Source: Tetramitus jugosus | Lineage: Eukaryota > Protista > Heterolobosea | DNA: 64,000 nt | Assembly (NCBI GenBank): GCA_937625935.1 | Contig: OW569376.1 | Location: 186,001 to 250,000, forward strand | Direction of reading: 5' to 3' | Part shown: positions 22,212-34,004 of the stretch, one piece after another | Position numbering within the stretch: position 1 is the stretch's first letter | How the letters are laid out: every line of letters begins with the position of its first letter | Made by a program: the position numbers and the translations under genes | Notes under the pieces: model-generated | Told to the model about the DNA's origin: nothing | Database searches by the model: none | Seen by the model: the letters and a program-made list of their open reading frames with translations, nothing else

Positions 22212-23513
22212 TTATGACTCTATTAAGATGCTCCAAATGCTACGAGCGATCTTTCTCAGTCGTAGCGTCGTCGTTTCCATGAAAGCCTTTCGACCATTAT
22301 ACCGACTGAGCGTGTGGACACGAGTCAAATTAACATACGCTTTGTCAGTGATTGATTCTTGGTTACAATGATTCATATTGAGTGTATGAACACCGTTCAA
22401 ATAAGAGAATGCTTTGTCCGTGATTGTTGATTGATTGCACCCACTCATGATGAGCTCATGAATACCTTCTAGGTGCGAAAAGGCCTCATCTGTGATGGTT
22501 CTTTGAGAACAATTACTCATATTGAGTGTGTGAATGCCCTTAAGGTGTTTAAATGCTTCATCTGTTATTTGCTTGCAATCAAACATTGAAAGTGTGTGAA
22601 TGCCAGTCAAATGATAAAACACTTCGTCTGTGATGGATTTTTGAGAACATCCACCCATATGGAGTGTATGAATACCTGTCAAGTGTTTAAAAGCTTCATC
22701 TGTGATTGTTATTTGATTGCAATAACTCATAGTGAGTGTATGAATTCCAGTTAAATGAGAAAAGGCATTGCTTGTGATTTGGTAGCAACCACTCATAGAG
22801 AGCGTATGGATACCAGTCAAGTGAACGAAAGCGTCGTCTGTAAAATTCACACAATAGCTCATATTGAGAGTGTGAATGCCAGTCAAATGAGAAAACGCAT
22901 TGTCTGTAATGGATGGTTGACTGCAATGACTCATATTGAGTGTATGAATACCTTGTAGATGCGAAAAAGCCTCATCTGTAATTGTTGTTCGATAACAATG
23001 ACTCATATCAAGTGTATGAATGCCCTTCAAATGGTGAAAAGCTTGGTCTGTGATCCTCCTACAAAAACTCATATCAAGTGTATGAATTCCAGTTGTATGA
23101 GAAAAGCCCATGTCTGTGATTTGATTGCAACCACTGATGTTGAGTGTATGAATGCCAGTCAAGTGAGACAATGCATTGGTGGTTATACTCATGCAACCAC
23201 TCATATCAAGTGTGTGAATGCCTTTCAACAATTGAAAATGCTGATCACTTACAGAGAGATTTGTATTCAAGTCCACATTGAACAAGGTTCCTTTTCCCAA
23301 TGCAAACAAACGTTCAATCTCTTCGGAATTCAACTGGACTTTCAGTGTTTTTCTCTTGTTGTGCATGACTTGTCTGTTGTACTTGAATTGGTTAATTCCT
23401 TTGCAAGTACAACTCAACTGCAACCATTCTCGAGTGTCACAAAACTCAATAATATTCGACCATGTGTCCTTGCAGAGCCGAACAGTCGAACAAATCTCGA
23501 TCTCATTTGATGA
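22212..23513 (-). CDS. F-box-like/leucine-rich repeat protein (GIHTL-type LRRs); start codon unresolved
   Basis: About 12 tandem 24-26 aa repeats GIHTLxMSxC..ITDxAFxHL; open frame extends to 23513 with F-box-like LCKDTWSNIIEFCDTREWLQLSCTCK. Confidence 0.75.
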   Translation of the reverse strand, partial: SSNEIEICSTVRLCKDTWSNIIEFCDTREWLQLSCTCKGINQFKYNRQVMHNKRKTLKVQLNSEEIERLFALGKGTLFNVDLNTNLSVSDQHFQLLKGIHTLDMSGCMSITTNALSHLTGIHTLNISGCNQITDMGFSHTTGIHTLDMSFCRRITDQAFHHLKGIHTLDMSHCYRTTITDEAFSHLQGIHTLNMSHCSQPSITDNAFSHLTGIHTLNMSYCVNFTDDAFVHLTGIHTLSMSGCYQITSNAFSHLTGIHTLTMSYCNQITITDEAFKHLTGIHTLHMGGCSQKSITDEVFYHLTGIHTLSMFDCKQITDEAFKHLKGIHTLNMSNCSQRTITDEAFSHLEGIHELIMSGCNQSTITDKAFSYLNGVHTLNMNHCNQESITDKAYVNLTRVHTLSRYNGRKAFMETTTLRLRKIARSIWSILIES

Positions 23514-23670
23514 TTACCACTTGTCACACGTTTGTTCTTGTTGAGGAGGGTAAGATGTGCTTCCGGGAAGTTCGAGTTCTGATTCTTCTCGGACTTTTGA
23601 GGTGCCCAACAAAAACCTTGTGTGGAATATTTATTATCAAACAACAAAAACGATTGCCCGTTATACCCCA

Positions 23671-26600
23671 ATGAGACCACAACTTTTCATCTCTTTGTTG
23701 GTTTTGCAACTACTCCTACTGGGGGGAGTAAGTCCTAAAATGATTGAATCGTCCCTGTACACTTGGGAGAGCAGAAATCCAGCTGCGCCTCGTGATGATT
23801 TGGGTTTTGGAGTGATGACCGGCAAAGTTGTCATCCAAGTTTGTACCGGTGCCGATCATACGATGGTACTGACTGACGATGGCAATGTGTTTGCCTGGGG
23901 CGGGAATCAGTTTGGCCAAGTGGGAGATGGGACAAACATTGATCGACAAAGACCTGTTGCCGTTCGAATCCAAAGCAATATTACGTTTATAGCGGCAGGG
24001 TATTGGCATTCCATGGCTGTTTCAAACGATGGTGAAGTCTATGTTTGGGGGAGCAATCAGCAAGGCCAACTCGGAACGAATTCGTTGCTTGACCATCGGA
24101 ATCTGCCTGTTGTTGTATTATCGCGGAATAACAATGCAACCCAAGTTACAGCTGGCGAAAAGCATTCCATGGCCCTTACAAGAGAAGGAACACTTTTTGT
24201 TTGGGGAAATAATAAGGAAGGTCAGTTAGGCAATGGTACAACAGTGGAGAGTTTAATTCCCATGAGGAACACCTTCATTGACAAACCTGTGAAGCAAATC
24301 GCTGCGGGACAGGCTCATTCTATGGTCTTGATGTATGATGGTATCGTTTATACGTGGGGTACTCCGAATAATGGTCAATTAGGTCGATTCAGTGATAATA
24401 GAGTACCGATGGCTGTTGATTCAGCACCCTATGGTATAATAAGCAAAATTGCAGCAGGAGATCAACATAATGTAGTTCTTACCCATGATGGAAAGCTTTA
24501 TTCATGGGGTCTCCAACTTCAAGGTCAAATAGGAGACGGCAGTCCTCCCAACCCACATATGCCTTCTACTTCTCAACTTACGCCCGTTTATATGGACGGA
24601 GTGTTGCTCAGAAAGAATGTGACCAATATCGCAGCAGGTTTTCGGCATACATTAGCGATAACGGATGATGGAGAGATTTACTCCTGGGGAGATAACCAGC
24701 ATGGCACACTCGGAGATGGCACAAACATCGAACGACGTGCTCCCACAGCAGTTAATATGAATGGAGTCTTGCGGAACAAGGTTGCAATGACAATCGCAGC
24801 TGGCAAAGAAAATTCTATGGTTGTAACTACAGATGGGATGATGTATTCTTGGGGCAATAATAACTTTGGCAAACTTGGTGATGCAACAATGACAAACAGA
24901 TTCCTTCCAGTTGATGTAAATACAGATGGTGTATTAAAGGGCAAGACCATTACTCGAGTTGCAACAAACGAAGATCACACAATTGTATTAACGAGTGACA
25001 ATCTGCTTTTCTCTTGGGGTAATAATGCTAGGGGACAGCTCGGTGATGGCAGTAATCTCGATAGAGATTTCGCGGTATCGATAGATATGGGAGGTTCTTT
25101 ACAAGGCAAGAGTATACTCCAAATAGCTGTTGGAAAAGAACATTCTCTAGCTCTAACCACTGATGGTATGGTGTATTCTTGGGGCTCGAATCTTCTTGGT
25201 CAGCTGGGGGCTGGAATTTCTCGAGATTCCCCTGTTCCGGTGCCTTTTTACTTCCAGAAGACTCAAGGGCATGTAACAAACATAGCTGCCGGAGGTTGGC
25301 ATACTGTGGTACTAACAAGTGAGAATGTGCTCTATGCTTGGGGTGGAAATGAGTTTGGACAGCTTGGTGATAGTACAACAGTTAGTAGAACTGTTCCTGT
25401 TTTGGTAAATATGACGGGAGCTTTGCATGACAAAACAATTGTGCAAATTGATGCTGGTGATATTCATACTGTTGTTTCAACCAGTGAGGGAAAAAGTTAT
25501 AGCTGGGGAGGAAATGAAAAAGGACAATTAGGCTATGGCCCTGTAGTATCAAAGATTAATCCTTATCCTGCCCCTATTGAGATAGATGGTGGCAAGGTGA
25601 CCAAAATTGCTGCGGGTGCCGGTCGTACAGTTGTTGTCACAAGTGATGGTATAGTTCATTCATATGGAGGGATAATGTCTGTCTTTCATCGCAAAGAGTT
25701 AGTTGATCATAAGATCACACACATTGCTACAGGTGATATTAATATAGTTCTCGTAACAAATAATTCCCAAGTATATGCTTGGGATTTAGGGGTCTATCTA
25801 GTCAACATTTCTAGTGTAAGCCCTAATCAAACTATCTTTCATCCCTATGCCTTCTCATATACTGTGAAGGTGGGGACTCTGAATTGGAAGAATGGTTTTC
25901 TAGGAGTGAGCTGTGAGAACGGCTATTATGGAGACACCTGCAAGTCATATAACTGCTACAATATAGGATCAACAAGCGATAGTGTTTGTTCGGGAAGAGG
26001 AAAGTGTGTCTCCATTGATACTTGCGCATGTAACAAGGGATTTACTGGAATTGATTGTGCTGCTCCAGTCTGTCAAGGATTGTCCAGTAGGGATAAATCT
26101 GTGTGTTCTTCTCGTGGAATTTGCACTGCACCAGATGAGTGTACTTGCAATTTTGGTTACTATGGAGCTACTTGTTCGAAGAACTTGAGATCACTCGGTT
26201 ACCTATCACTACTCAGTGCTCCGCTCGTATTATTTCCAGTTGTCATCATTGTACTGGTCGGCTTCATCTTCCGAAGAATCAGAAGGGATAAGAAGATTGA
26301 ATCAGATTTGCGGGCTTGTTTGCTCGAGGAAATGGCTGAATTTGAGACAACTCCTGATGAAAGAACATTCTTTATCGATATGAAAGACATCAAGTTAACC
26401 AATCGGCTTTCTGAAGGAGCTTCTGGTGTTGTATTCAAAGGAAAATGGAAGAGTAATGCAGTTGCAGTGAAGAAGATGAAGGTTCCAGATGATACATCAT
26501 TCCTGAAGGAAATATCAATTCTCCAGAGTTTAAGACATCCAAATATCCTCTACCTGTATGGATATTCCTCCAATGACAATGGTGACAAGTTTGTTATCAC

Positions 26601-27343
26601 AGAGTTCGCTGCTGGAGGCAGTTTAGATAAGGTAATTTATGGCCAAGAGCCACTGCGAGATTTTAGGAAGAAAGTAAGTATTCTATCCCAGATTGCAGAC
26701 ACGATGACTTATTTGCACGAAAGGAACCCTCGTATCATACACAGAGATTTGAAACCTCAAAATATATTGTTGGATGAGAGAGGAGACGTGAGAATATGTG
26801 ATTTTGGTTTGAGCAAAGCGGCCAATACTGCATTTACGATTGGAGTCTCTTATGGAACGATTGGTAAGTCATGTGTAATTTTGAATTTCCTTTCAATTTT
26901 TCGAAAGTATTCTTCTTATTGACCACAATGCTTCTCCTCCACAACACACAGAGTACTCTGCACCTGAGCTCTTGACTCGAAATGGGCACGATGAAAAGTG
27001 CGATGTGTACAGCTTTGGCATCATGATGCATGAAATTTTTACTGGGCAACATCCATACTCGCGTCATCATGACGGCCTGGCTATATTCTCTCTTGGAATT
27101 GAGATTGTGAGTGGTTTGAGACCATCCGTGCCATTTGATGTCCCAAGCAATGCAGATCCAAGCGTGTTAAACCAATTTTTTGCTCAGAGCAATGACGATA
27201 TCCACAATTCTTCTGCCAATGTCGCTCACATTGTAGAAGCTTTTTATGAGTTAACAACGAGTTGTTGGCAAGATGATCGACACAAACGACCCACTTTTGA
27301 GCAAGTCGCCACCAAACTTGCTGAGATATCAGCACGATTATAA
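23671..27343 (+). CDS. Receptor TKL kinase with RCC1-repeat and EGF-like ectodomain (2 exons)
   Basis: Signal peptide, about 12 RCC1 repeats (WGxNxxGQLG), EGF repeats, TM helix, intact kinase (GASG, VAVK, HRDLKPQN, DFG); intron 26864-26951 restores GTIEYSAPE. Confidence 0.9.
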
Positions 27344-27431
27344 CAGTGTCTGACAGAATACATAAAATATACAGTCATCAATAACAATTAGAGCTCAAAT
27401 CAAACACCTAAAATGAATTTACAACAGCTTG

Positions 27432-29342
27432 TTAACGCTTTCTCTTGTTGCCCGGTTTCACTTCTGACAGTTTTGTTTGTTTTGAATGATAGTAGGGCTT
27501 CGAGAATTTCTTCTCAACGGCTGTAGAATCCTTGTCAGATCTTGCACTTACTACATCTGCTTTCAACTTCTGTTTGACTTGTGCCATGAAAGCTTCGTCA
27601 TCATCGTCACTGACATCGTCATTCGAATTTTGGAACGACAATTGAGGATTTCTAGCTTCTTTATCCTTTTCATACACGTGTTGTATGCCTTGCTTCAGCT
27701 TTGTCCTCCAATTGTTGCCACTCTTCAATTGATTCAGATATTGCTTTTCATAAAAGACTGAGGCTTGCTTCAACAAATCATCTGTTAGCTTTTGTTTGTT
27801 CTTCACGTTTTCGAATGCTTCCTGGAATCCATTCTGGAGCATTTCAATCTTGGCATGACAACGCTTTTCAGAGACCAAGTACAGTTGATCTTCAACAGCT
27901 TCCTTGTTCAAGAATTCCTTGTCTGTCGAAAAGTCTTTTAGAATCAATTTTGTGTCAGCTTCAATTGACTTTAGGCGAGTGATTTCATATTGAGAAACGA
28001 GAGAAATAGCGCTTCCTCCGCGACCGGCACGAGCCGTACGACCCACTCTATGAACATATCGATCCGTCGTTTCAGGCAAATCATAATTAATCACAAAATT
28101 GACACTAGGAATGTCTAATCCACGATTTGCAACATCAGTAGAGAACAGAGCCTTGATCTTTCTGGCTCTATATCTTCCGAGAACAGAACTACGTTCTCTT
28201 TGAGGTTTTGCACTGTGAAGAGATGCGCAATCAATTCCCAATTGCCTCATGGTTTGACATGCCAACTCACAGTCCTTTGTGTTCTGGAAAAACACCATAC
28301 AAATCACAGAATTGTCCACATTGTCCTTATCATTCTGCATCCATTCCAACAGTGCATACAAGTAACAATCTTTAACAGCATGAGGAATAAACATGTAATA
28401 TTGATCCAGATTGTCTGCTGTGTCATAGAGACGGCACGCATCATACAGGAACAAACTGTCATCTGTCCGCTGATCCTTCTTCAATGTCATATTGGCCAAT
28501 TTTTTCACATGAGAGTTCATTGTTGCAGAGTAGAGCAACGTTTGACGTTCACTCGCAGGAGGCAAATGCTTCAAAATGCACTCCACGTCGAGAGCAAAAT
28601 TTGAGCTCAATAAACGATCCGCTTCATCAAACACCAAGAACTTGATTCTCTTAAAGTAATCAAATCTAGAGAATGTGCGCAACGCATGCTCTATTCTACC
28701 CGGTGTTCCCACAACCACATGAGGAGCACTTTCCAATAGCTCTGCCTGCTTTAAATAATCCATACCACCAGTGATACAGACACATCTCAATGGAAGATCA
28801 CCAGACAAAATCTTAAAATTGTCCTTGATTTGCAGCGCTAGCTCTCTAGTCGGAGTAATTACAAGTGCAAAAACTCCGTACAAATCGCGCGCCAAAAGCT
28901 CAATAATAGGCAAAGCAAAAGCAGCTGTTTTTCCTGAACCAGTCTTACTCATGGCAATCACATTCTTCTTGTGCTTTAACGTGGCTGGAACACACTTTTG
29001 TTGAATAATGGTTGGAATGTTCATTTGCAGTTTGGACAAGTGAGCACACAGCCATGGAGATAGGCCAATTTTCTTGAAACTTGGTTGGTCAGTAGAATTC
29101 TCATCATCACCATCGTCCTCTTCAGCATCTTCGTCTTGTGCACTGGTGGATGCCTCCTTTTGGAAAATACTTTCATCAAATGTGCTTATTTTTGGTCGTT
29201 TGGACTCTGGTTCACTCGACGATTGGTTGTGATTGAGTGTAACATCGAGAGATGTATTCTCGTCGTCATCATCGTCATGTTGTTGTTGCTGTTGTTGTTT
29301 CTTTTTGCCTTTGCCTTTGCTGAATAGCGTAATATCACTCAT
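27432..29342 (-). CDS. DBP8: DEAD-box RNA helicase DBP8/DDX49
   Basis: GSGKTAAFALPI, YGVFALVITPTRELALQI, DEAD, SAT, HRVGRTARAGRGG. Confidence 0.85.
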   Translation of the reverse strand: MSDITLFSKGKGKKKQQQQQQHDDDDDENTSLDVTLNHNQSSSEPESKRPKISTFDESIFQKEASTSAQDEDAEEDDGDDENSTDQPSFKKIGLSPWLCAHLSKLQMNIPTIIQQKCVPATLKHKKNVIAMSKTGSGKTAAFALPIIELLARDLYGVFALVITPTRELALQIKDNFKILSGDLPLRCVCITGGMDYLKQAELLESAPHVVVGTPGRIEHALRTFSRFDYFKRIKFLVFDEADRLLSSNFALDVECILKHLPPASERQTLLYSATMNSHVKKLANMTLKKDQRTDDSLFLYDACRLYDTADNLDQYYMFIPHAVKDCYLYALLEWMQNDKDNVDNSVICMVFFQNTKDCELACQTMRQLGIDCASLHSAKPQRERSSVLGRYRARKIKALFSTDVANRGLDIPSVNFVINYDLPETTDRYVHRVGRTARAGRGGSAISLVSQYEITRLKSIEADTKLILKDFSTDKEFLNKEAVEDQLYLVSEKRCHAKIEMLQNGFQEAFENVKNKQKLTDDLLKQASVFYEKQYLNQLKSGNNWRTKLKQGIQHVYEKDKEARNPQLSFQNSNDDVSDDDDEAFMAQVKQKLKADVVSARSDKDSTAVEKKFSKPYYHSKQTKLSEVKPGNKRKR

Positions 29343-29478
29343 TGTTCTCTTGTTGTTGCTGAGTTTGAATTGTTTTATGCGTCTGTGAATTTGTTGAAAG
29401 TTCAATCATTTTTAGCGCAATATGTCGGGGAAACACGGATTGGAATGGGAATACAATGCAACTTTGCGAGTTGTTTAT

Positions 29479-30765
29479 TTAATCTTCCCACAACTCAATT
29501 TCTACAATGTCGATTCTATCTCGTTCTGAAACACTGCACCTCACATTGACAACATCAATTCTGAATCCGTATAGCTTATCCATTCCCTTTTTTCGGACAT
29601 AGACTGGTCTTGGATCTGTCTGCAACACCTCGATAATTGCCTCTTTAATCTCATCCAAGGAATTGTAATACTTTAGCTTTTTGGAGTCCACAATTTGTTG
29701 TAACTGATCCTTGGATTCATCACTCCACACAATGTTGTCTCTGTTGATCTTTGCTACGAACTTGTCCTCACCAATCCACTCTGGAACTCTTGCATTGATT
29801 GCAGGTGCACAATCATAACGTGGAATTACAGGCTTAATGTCCAAAATAGGAGTTCCATCCACTAGATCCACGCCACTCAAGAACAATTCATGTTTTTCAA
29901 TGCGTTCAATCGTAGCCATGGTCAATCCGATTGCATTTGGTCTATGCGGTGTTCTCGTTGCATACATTCCCACTCGTTCATTACCGTTCATTCTAGGAGG
30001 ACGAATTTTTGTTCTTTCGACACTGCAAGGAGTGTTCTTATGAAAGACAAAAATGAGCCAAACAAACTCGAATTGCGTCAGAGCATCAATGGCTTGATGA
30101 CCCTGTGGAATGGTCAATGATACTTTTCCACGTGACATGGGCACTAGATTGCCTTGTCTCGGCGTTCCATTCTTCTCTGGAAAACAACTGTGAAAAATTC
30201 CAATCGATTCCATTGAGAATTGATAAGTGTCCGTCTTTGCATTGTACTGAGCAAGGTCCATAATTGCCAATTTTTGTTTCGTCGTGCCGCCTGTAGCCGA
30301 AGATGCATGATTGGAGCGTCTATAGAATGAATCATCTTTTCCACTGTGATGTGCCTTAATGTATCCCGTAAGTACTCTTGTCTTTGACTCGTTTTCCTCC
30401 TCTTCTTCTTCTTCTTCTCGTTGTTGTTGTTGTTGTTGATCATGGTCATTTCTCTGATGCTCAGTCGCAGCAGTCGTTGTGTTGTTATTCGATTGAATTT
30501 CTCCGTCATTGATGATTTTCTCTTCGACAATGACTTTTCGGTATTCCACATGGTCCTCCAACACACATATTCTCATTCCCTTGCGCAATCGAGTGTCATA
30601 CATGGGAATGTCCTTTGTGGAATAACCAGTGGGAAGTTGAGTGAACAATGGAGCATTGTCCTTTGTGCAAATATGAGTAAATTGATGATGACTGCTGTCA
30701 ACGATGTTGTCGTTGTTCACTTTTTGTTTTTTGGGTGGTGGTTGTTGTTGTTGATTGTCTGCCAT
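29479..30765 (-). CDS. TRMO: tRNA m6t6A37 methyltransferase TrmO/TsaA
   Basis: SCFPEKNGTPRQG, WLIFVFH, GMYATRTPHRPNAIGL, DLVDGTPILDIKP. Confidence 0.9.
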   Translation of the reverse strand: MADNQQQQPPPKKQKVNNDNIVDSSHHQFTHICTKDNAPLFTQLPTGYSTKDIPMYDTRLRKGMRICVLEDHVEYRKVIVEEKIINDGEIQSNNNTTTAATEHQRNDHDQQQQQQREEEEEEEENESKTRVLTGYIKAHHSGKDDSFYRRSNHASSATGGTTKQKLAIMDLAQYNAKTDTYQFSMESIGIFHSCFPEKNGTPRQGNLVPMSRGKVSLTIPQGHQAIDALTQFEFVWLIFVFHKNTPCSVERTKIRPPRMNGNERVGMYATRTPHRPNAIGLTMATIERIEKHELFLSGVDLVDGTPILDIKPVIPRYDCAPAINARVPEWIGEDKFVAKINRDNIVWSDESKDQLQQIVDSKKLKYYNSLDEIKEAIIEVLQTDPRPVYVRKKGMDKLYGFRIDVVNVRCSVSERDRIDIVEIELWED

Positions 30766-30874
30766 TGTTGTTGTTTTTTCTTGCTGTGTGGTTTTCTGTG
30801 AACGAAGAGCTAAAAATCCGCCTTTTTCCTGGGCGTTTTCGATTTTTACGGAAAAGTTGAGCGAACAGCGCAGA

Positions 30875-31323
30875 ATGGATATTGTTCAGGTAATCACGAC
30901 ATTGGACACACATTGGACAGTGATTCATGCTGAAATAGGGGAGATAGAAAAGGATTTGAACAATTGTTATCAGTTTCAGAGACGGTATGGTTCGCAGTTT
31001 TGGCAGAAAGCAGTCAATAACCTTTTGAGACTTAAAGGGGAAAAAGAATCATCGGTATGTCGGGCTACTCTATACTATAAAATCATCTGAAGTTAGTACT
31101 GACAGAAGAGTTTGTGCGCATGTTTCACCAGCTGCGGGACATAAAACTACAAATGGAACTGTTCCACTTGCATGTTGAGAGTGGAAGGGACTTGTGCAAG
31201 AAACTGGAAAGGTTTCAACCAATCCACCGAGCTAAACACACTCAAGCTACAACAGATGAGAACTCTCCTGAGAACACATTTGCCGTGTGGAGCAGCATTT
31301 TGGCCAACGCCGCGCCAGAATAA
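30875..31323 (+). CDS. Possible small two-exon hypothetical protein
   Basis: ATG 30875, GTATGT donor at 31055, TACTGAC branch site; the acceptor needed to join the 31114-31323 frame is ambiguous. Confidence 0.3.
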
Positions 31324-31334
31324 AGTCCGCATCC

Positions 31335-31354
31335 TTCCCGCGTTTTTTTGGCGC
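31335..31354 (+). promoter_or_regulatory. Putative E2F-binding sites upstream of RNR1
   Basis: TTCCCGCG (31335-31342) and TTTGGCGC (31347-31354), ~140-160 bp before the RNR1 ATG; TTTGAA at 31375-31380. Confidence 0.4.
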
Positions 31355-31493
31355 TCAGATCGTTCCGTTATCCGTTTGAAACTCGAGAATTTGATGAAAC
31401 TTTTTCGTTTAATTTTCATTTTCAACAACACAAAACAGATCATTCCAACAACAAACCACTCCTAAAGAGATTTTTTTTAACCAGGCATTCCAG

Positions 31494-33929
31494 ATGATCA
31501 CATCCAGTGCCATTCAAATTATCAAGGCAAACAACCAGCCTCAAGCACTCGATGAGAGCAAGCTGAGAGCTAGACTAACTAAGCTTATCGATGGACTTGA
31601 CACTGTCCATTTGAGTATTGATGACCTCGTGGCAAAGATTGTGACTGGTCTATCTGATGGTATCACCAGTCAACAATTGGACAATTTGGCCGCAGAGACC
31701 TCCATGTACATGTCCATTAAGCATCCAGATTATGCTACCTTGGCTGGTAGAATCAAGACATCCAATCTGCACAAGCTCACCTTGGAAAAATTCTCAGATG
31801 TCATCTCTGGTCTTTATCACTATGTCCACCCAAGAACCAATCTTCCTTCTCCATTGATCTCGGACGATGTTTACAAAATTGTGATGGCAAACAAGGAAGT
31901 TTTAGATGCTGCTGTCGATCACACTCAAGATTTCAAGTTTGACTACTTTGCTTTCAAAACATTGGAGAGAAGCTATCTGTTGAGAATCAATGAAGAGCCA
32001 TTCGAGCGACCTCAACACTTGTTCATGAGAGTGTCTGTCGGTATTCACCAAGACAATATTGAGTCTGCTCTTGAGACCTACAAGCTCTTGTCTACTGGCA
32101 TGTTCATTCATGCGTCCCCAACTCTCTTCAACGCAGCTACTCCATCACCACAAATGTCTAGCTGTTTCCTAGTTGGTATGAAGGATGATTCAATTGAAGG
32201 TATTTATGATACCTTGAAGACTTGTGCTCTCATCTCAAAGAGTGCAGGAGGCATTGGCCTCGCTGTACACAAAATCAGAGCCAGTGGCAGTTATATCAGA
32301 GGTACAAACGGAACATCAAACGGATTGGTACCAATGTTGAGAGTTTTCAATGATACTGCTAGATATGTCGACCAAGGAGGTGGCAAGAGAAAGGGTGCTT
32401 TTGCTTGTTATTTGGAACCATGGCATGCTGATGTGTTTGAGTTTATTGAACTCAGAAAGAATCACGGTAAGGAAGAAATGAGAGCCAGAGACTTGTTCTT
32501 GGCACTCTGGATTCCAGATCTATTCATGGAGAGAGTTTCTCAAGATGAAGAGTGGAGTTTGTTCTGTCCAAATGAAGCACCAGGGCTGGCTGACGTTTGG
32601 GGTGATGAATTTGTGGAGTTGTTTACCAGATATGAGAGAGAAGGAAGAGCCAAGAGAACTTTGAGGGCTCGTGAGCTATGGTCTGCAATCATGGATGCCC
32701 ACATTGAAACCGGTGTTCCTTACATGTTGTACAAGGATGCCTGTAACAGAAAGTCCAATCAACAAAATCTCGGAACGATTCAATGCTCCAATCTCTGCAC
32801 AGAAATTGTTGAATACACAGCCCCAGATGAGGTTGCTGTCTGTAATTTGGCTTCTATTGCTCTTCCAAAGTATATCAATGAAGAGACTGGAGAATTCGAT
32901 TTTGACAAGCTATTGGCTGTCGCCAAGGTTGCAACCAAGAACTTGAACAAAATTATTGACCTGAACTACTATCCTGTTCCAGAAGCAAGAAAGTCTAACA
33001 TGAGACATAGACCAATTGGTATTGGTGTGCAAGGATTGGCTGATGCCTTCATGAAGCTTAAGATGCCTTTTGGAAGTCCTGCATCAGTTAAACTCAACAA
33101 GGAAATTTTCGAAACCATCTACTTTGGTGCCGTGACTGCCTCGAATGAGATTGCAAAGGAGTTGGGTCCATATGAAACATTTGAGGGATCACCTATGAGC
33201 AAAGGAATTTTCCAATTTGATATGTGGACCCAACAAGGTGAAGTCTTTGAGGGAGAAACCTTGACATCTGGTCGCTGGGATTGGGAATCCTTGAGACATG
33301 ATGTTGTCAAATATGGTGTTAGAAACTCTTTGCTCGTTGCTCCTATGCCTACAGCAAGTACCGCTCAAATTTTGTCTAACAATGAAAGTATTGAGCCATT
33401 TACCAGTAACATTTATGCTCGAAGAGTGCTTTCTGGAGAATTCCCAGTGATTAACAAGTATCTTGTGAAGGATTTAATCAAGCTTGGACTCTGGAACTCT
33501 CAGTTGATCAATCAAATTGTGGCCAACATGGGTTCTATCCAAAACATTGATGCCATACCAAATGATTTGAAAACTCTTTACAAAACAGTCTGGGAAATGT
33601 CACAGAAGATCTTGATTGACATGGCAGCCGATAGAGCTCCATTTATTGATCAATCTCAATCGATGAACCTTTTCATGGCAGAACCTGAAGAGGAGAAAGT
33701 GACCTCCATGCATTTTTATGCATGGAGCAAGGGATTGAAGACTGGATTGTACTATATGAGAACTCAACCAGCAGCCGCCGCAATTCAATTCACAGTTGAC
33801 CAAGAAATGTTGAAGAATGCACAAACGAAAACCCAAGAACCAGTCGAGGACGACCCTTCACAATACCTTGTTTGTAGAAGAAGAAGAGCTGGTGACGATG
33901 GAGAAGAGTGCTTGGTTTGTGGAAGTTAA
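31494..33929 (+). CDS. RNR1: Ribonucleoside-diphosphate reductase large subunit
   Basis: ATP cone, [50 protein letters not shown]-terminal CLVCGS. Confidence 0.97.
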   Translation: MITSSAIQIIKANNQPQALDESKLRARLTKLIDGLDTVHLSIDDLVAKIVTGLSDGITSQQLDNLAAETSMYMSIKHPDYATLAGRIKTSNLHKLTLEKFSDVISGLYHYVHPRTNLPSPLISDDVYKIVMANKEVLDAAVDHTQDFKFDYFAFKTLERSYLLRINEEPFERPQHLFMRVSVGIHQDNIESALETYKLLSTGMFIHASPTLFNAATPSPQMSSCFLVGMKDDSIEGIYDTLKTCALISKSAGGIGLAVHKIRASGSYIRGTNGTSNGLVPMLRVFNDTARYVDQGGGKRKGAFACYLEPWHADVFEFIELRKNHGKEEMRARDLFLALWIPDLFMERVSQDEEWSLFCPNEAPGLADVWGDEFVELFTRYEREGRAKRTLRARELWSAIMDAHIETGVPYMLYKDACNRKSNQQNLGTIQCSNLCTEIVEYTAPDEVAVCNLASIALPKYINEETGEFDFDKLLAVAKVATKNLNKIIDLNYYPVPEARKSNMRHRPIGIGVQGLADAFMKLKMPFGSPASVKLNKEIFETIYFGAVTASNEIAKELGPYETFEGSPMSKGIFQFDMWTQQGEVFEGETLTSGRWDWESLRHDVVKYGVRNSLLVAPMPTASTAQILSNNESIEPFTSNIYARRVLSGEFPVINKYLVKDLIKLGLWNSQLINQIVANMGSIQNIDAIPNDLKTLYKTVWEMSQKILIDMAADRAPFIDQSQSMNLFMAEPEEEKVTSMHFYAWSKGLKTGLYYMRTQPAAAAIQFTVDQEMLKNAQTKTQEPVEDDPSQYLVCRRRRAGDDGEECLVCGS

Positions 33930-34004
33930 TTCTTCTGACAACAGCAGTACATTTTGTCAATAAATATTTAATGTGAAAATGAAATTTCAGACCTTTCTAC
34001 TTTG

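Noticed and set aside
22300-23230. Regular 72-78 bp DNA repeats, considered as a non-coding array
   Set aside because: Fully explained by the LRR coding repeats.
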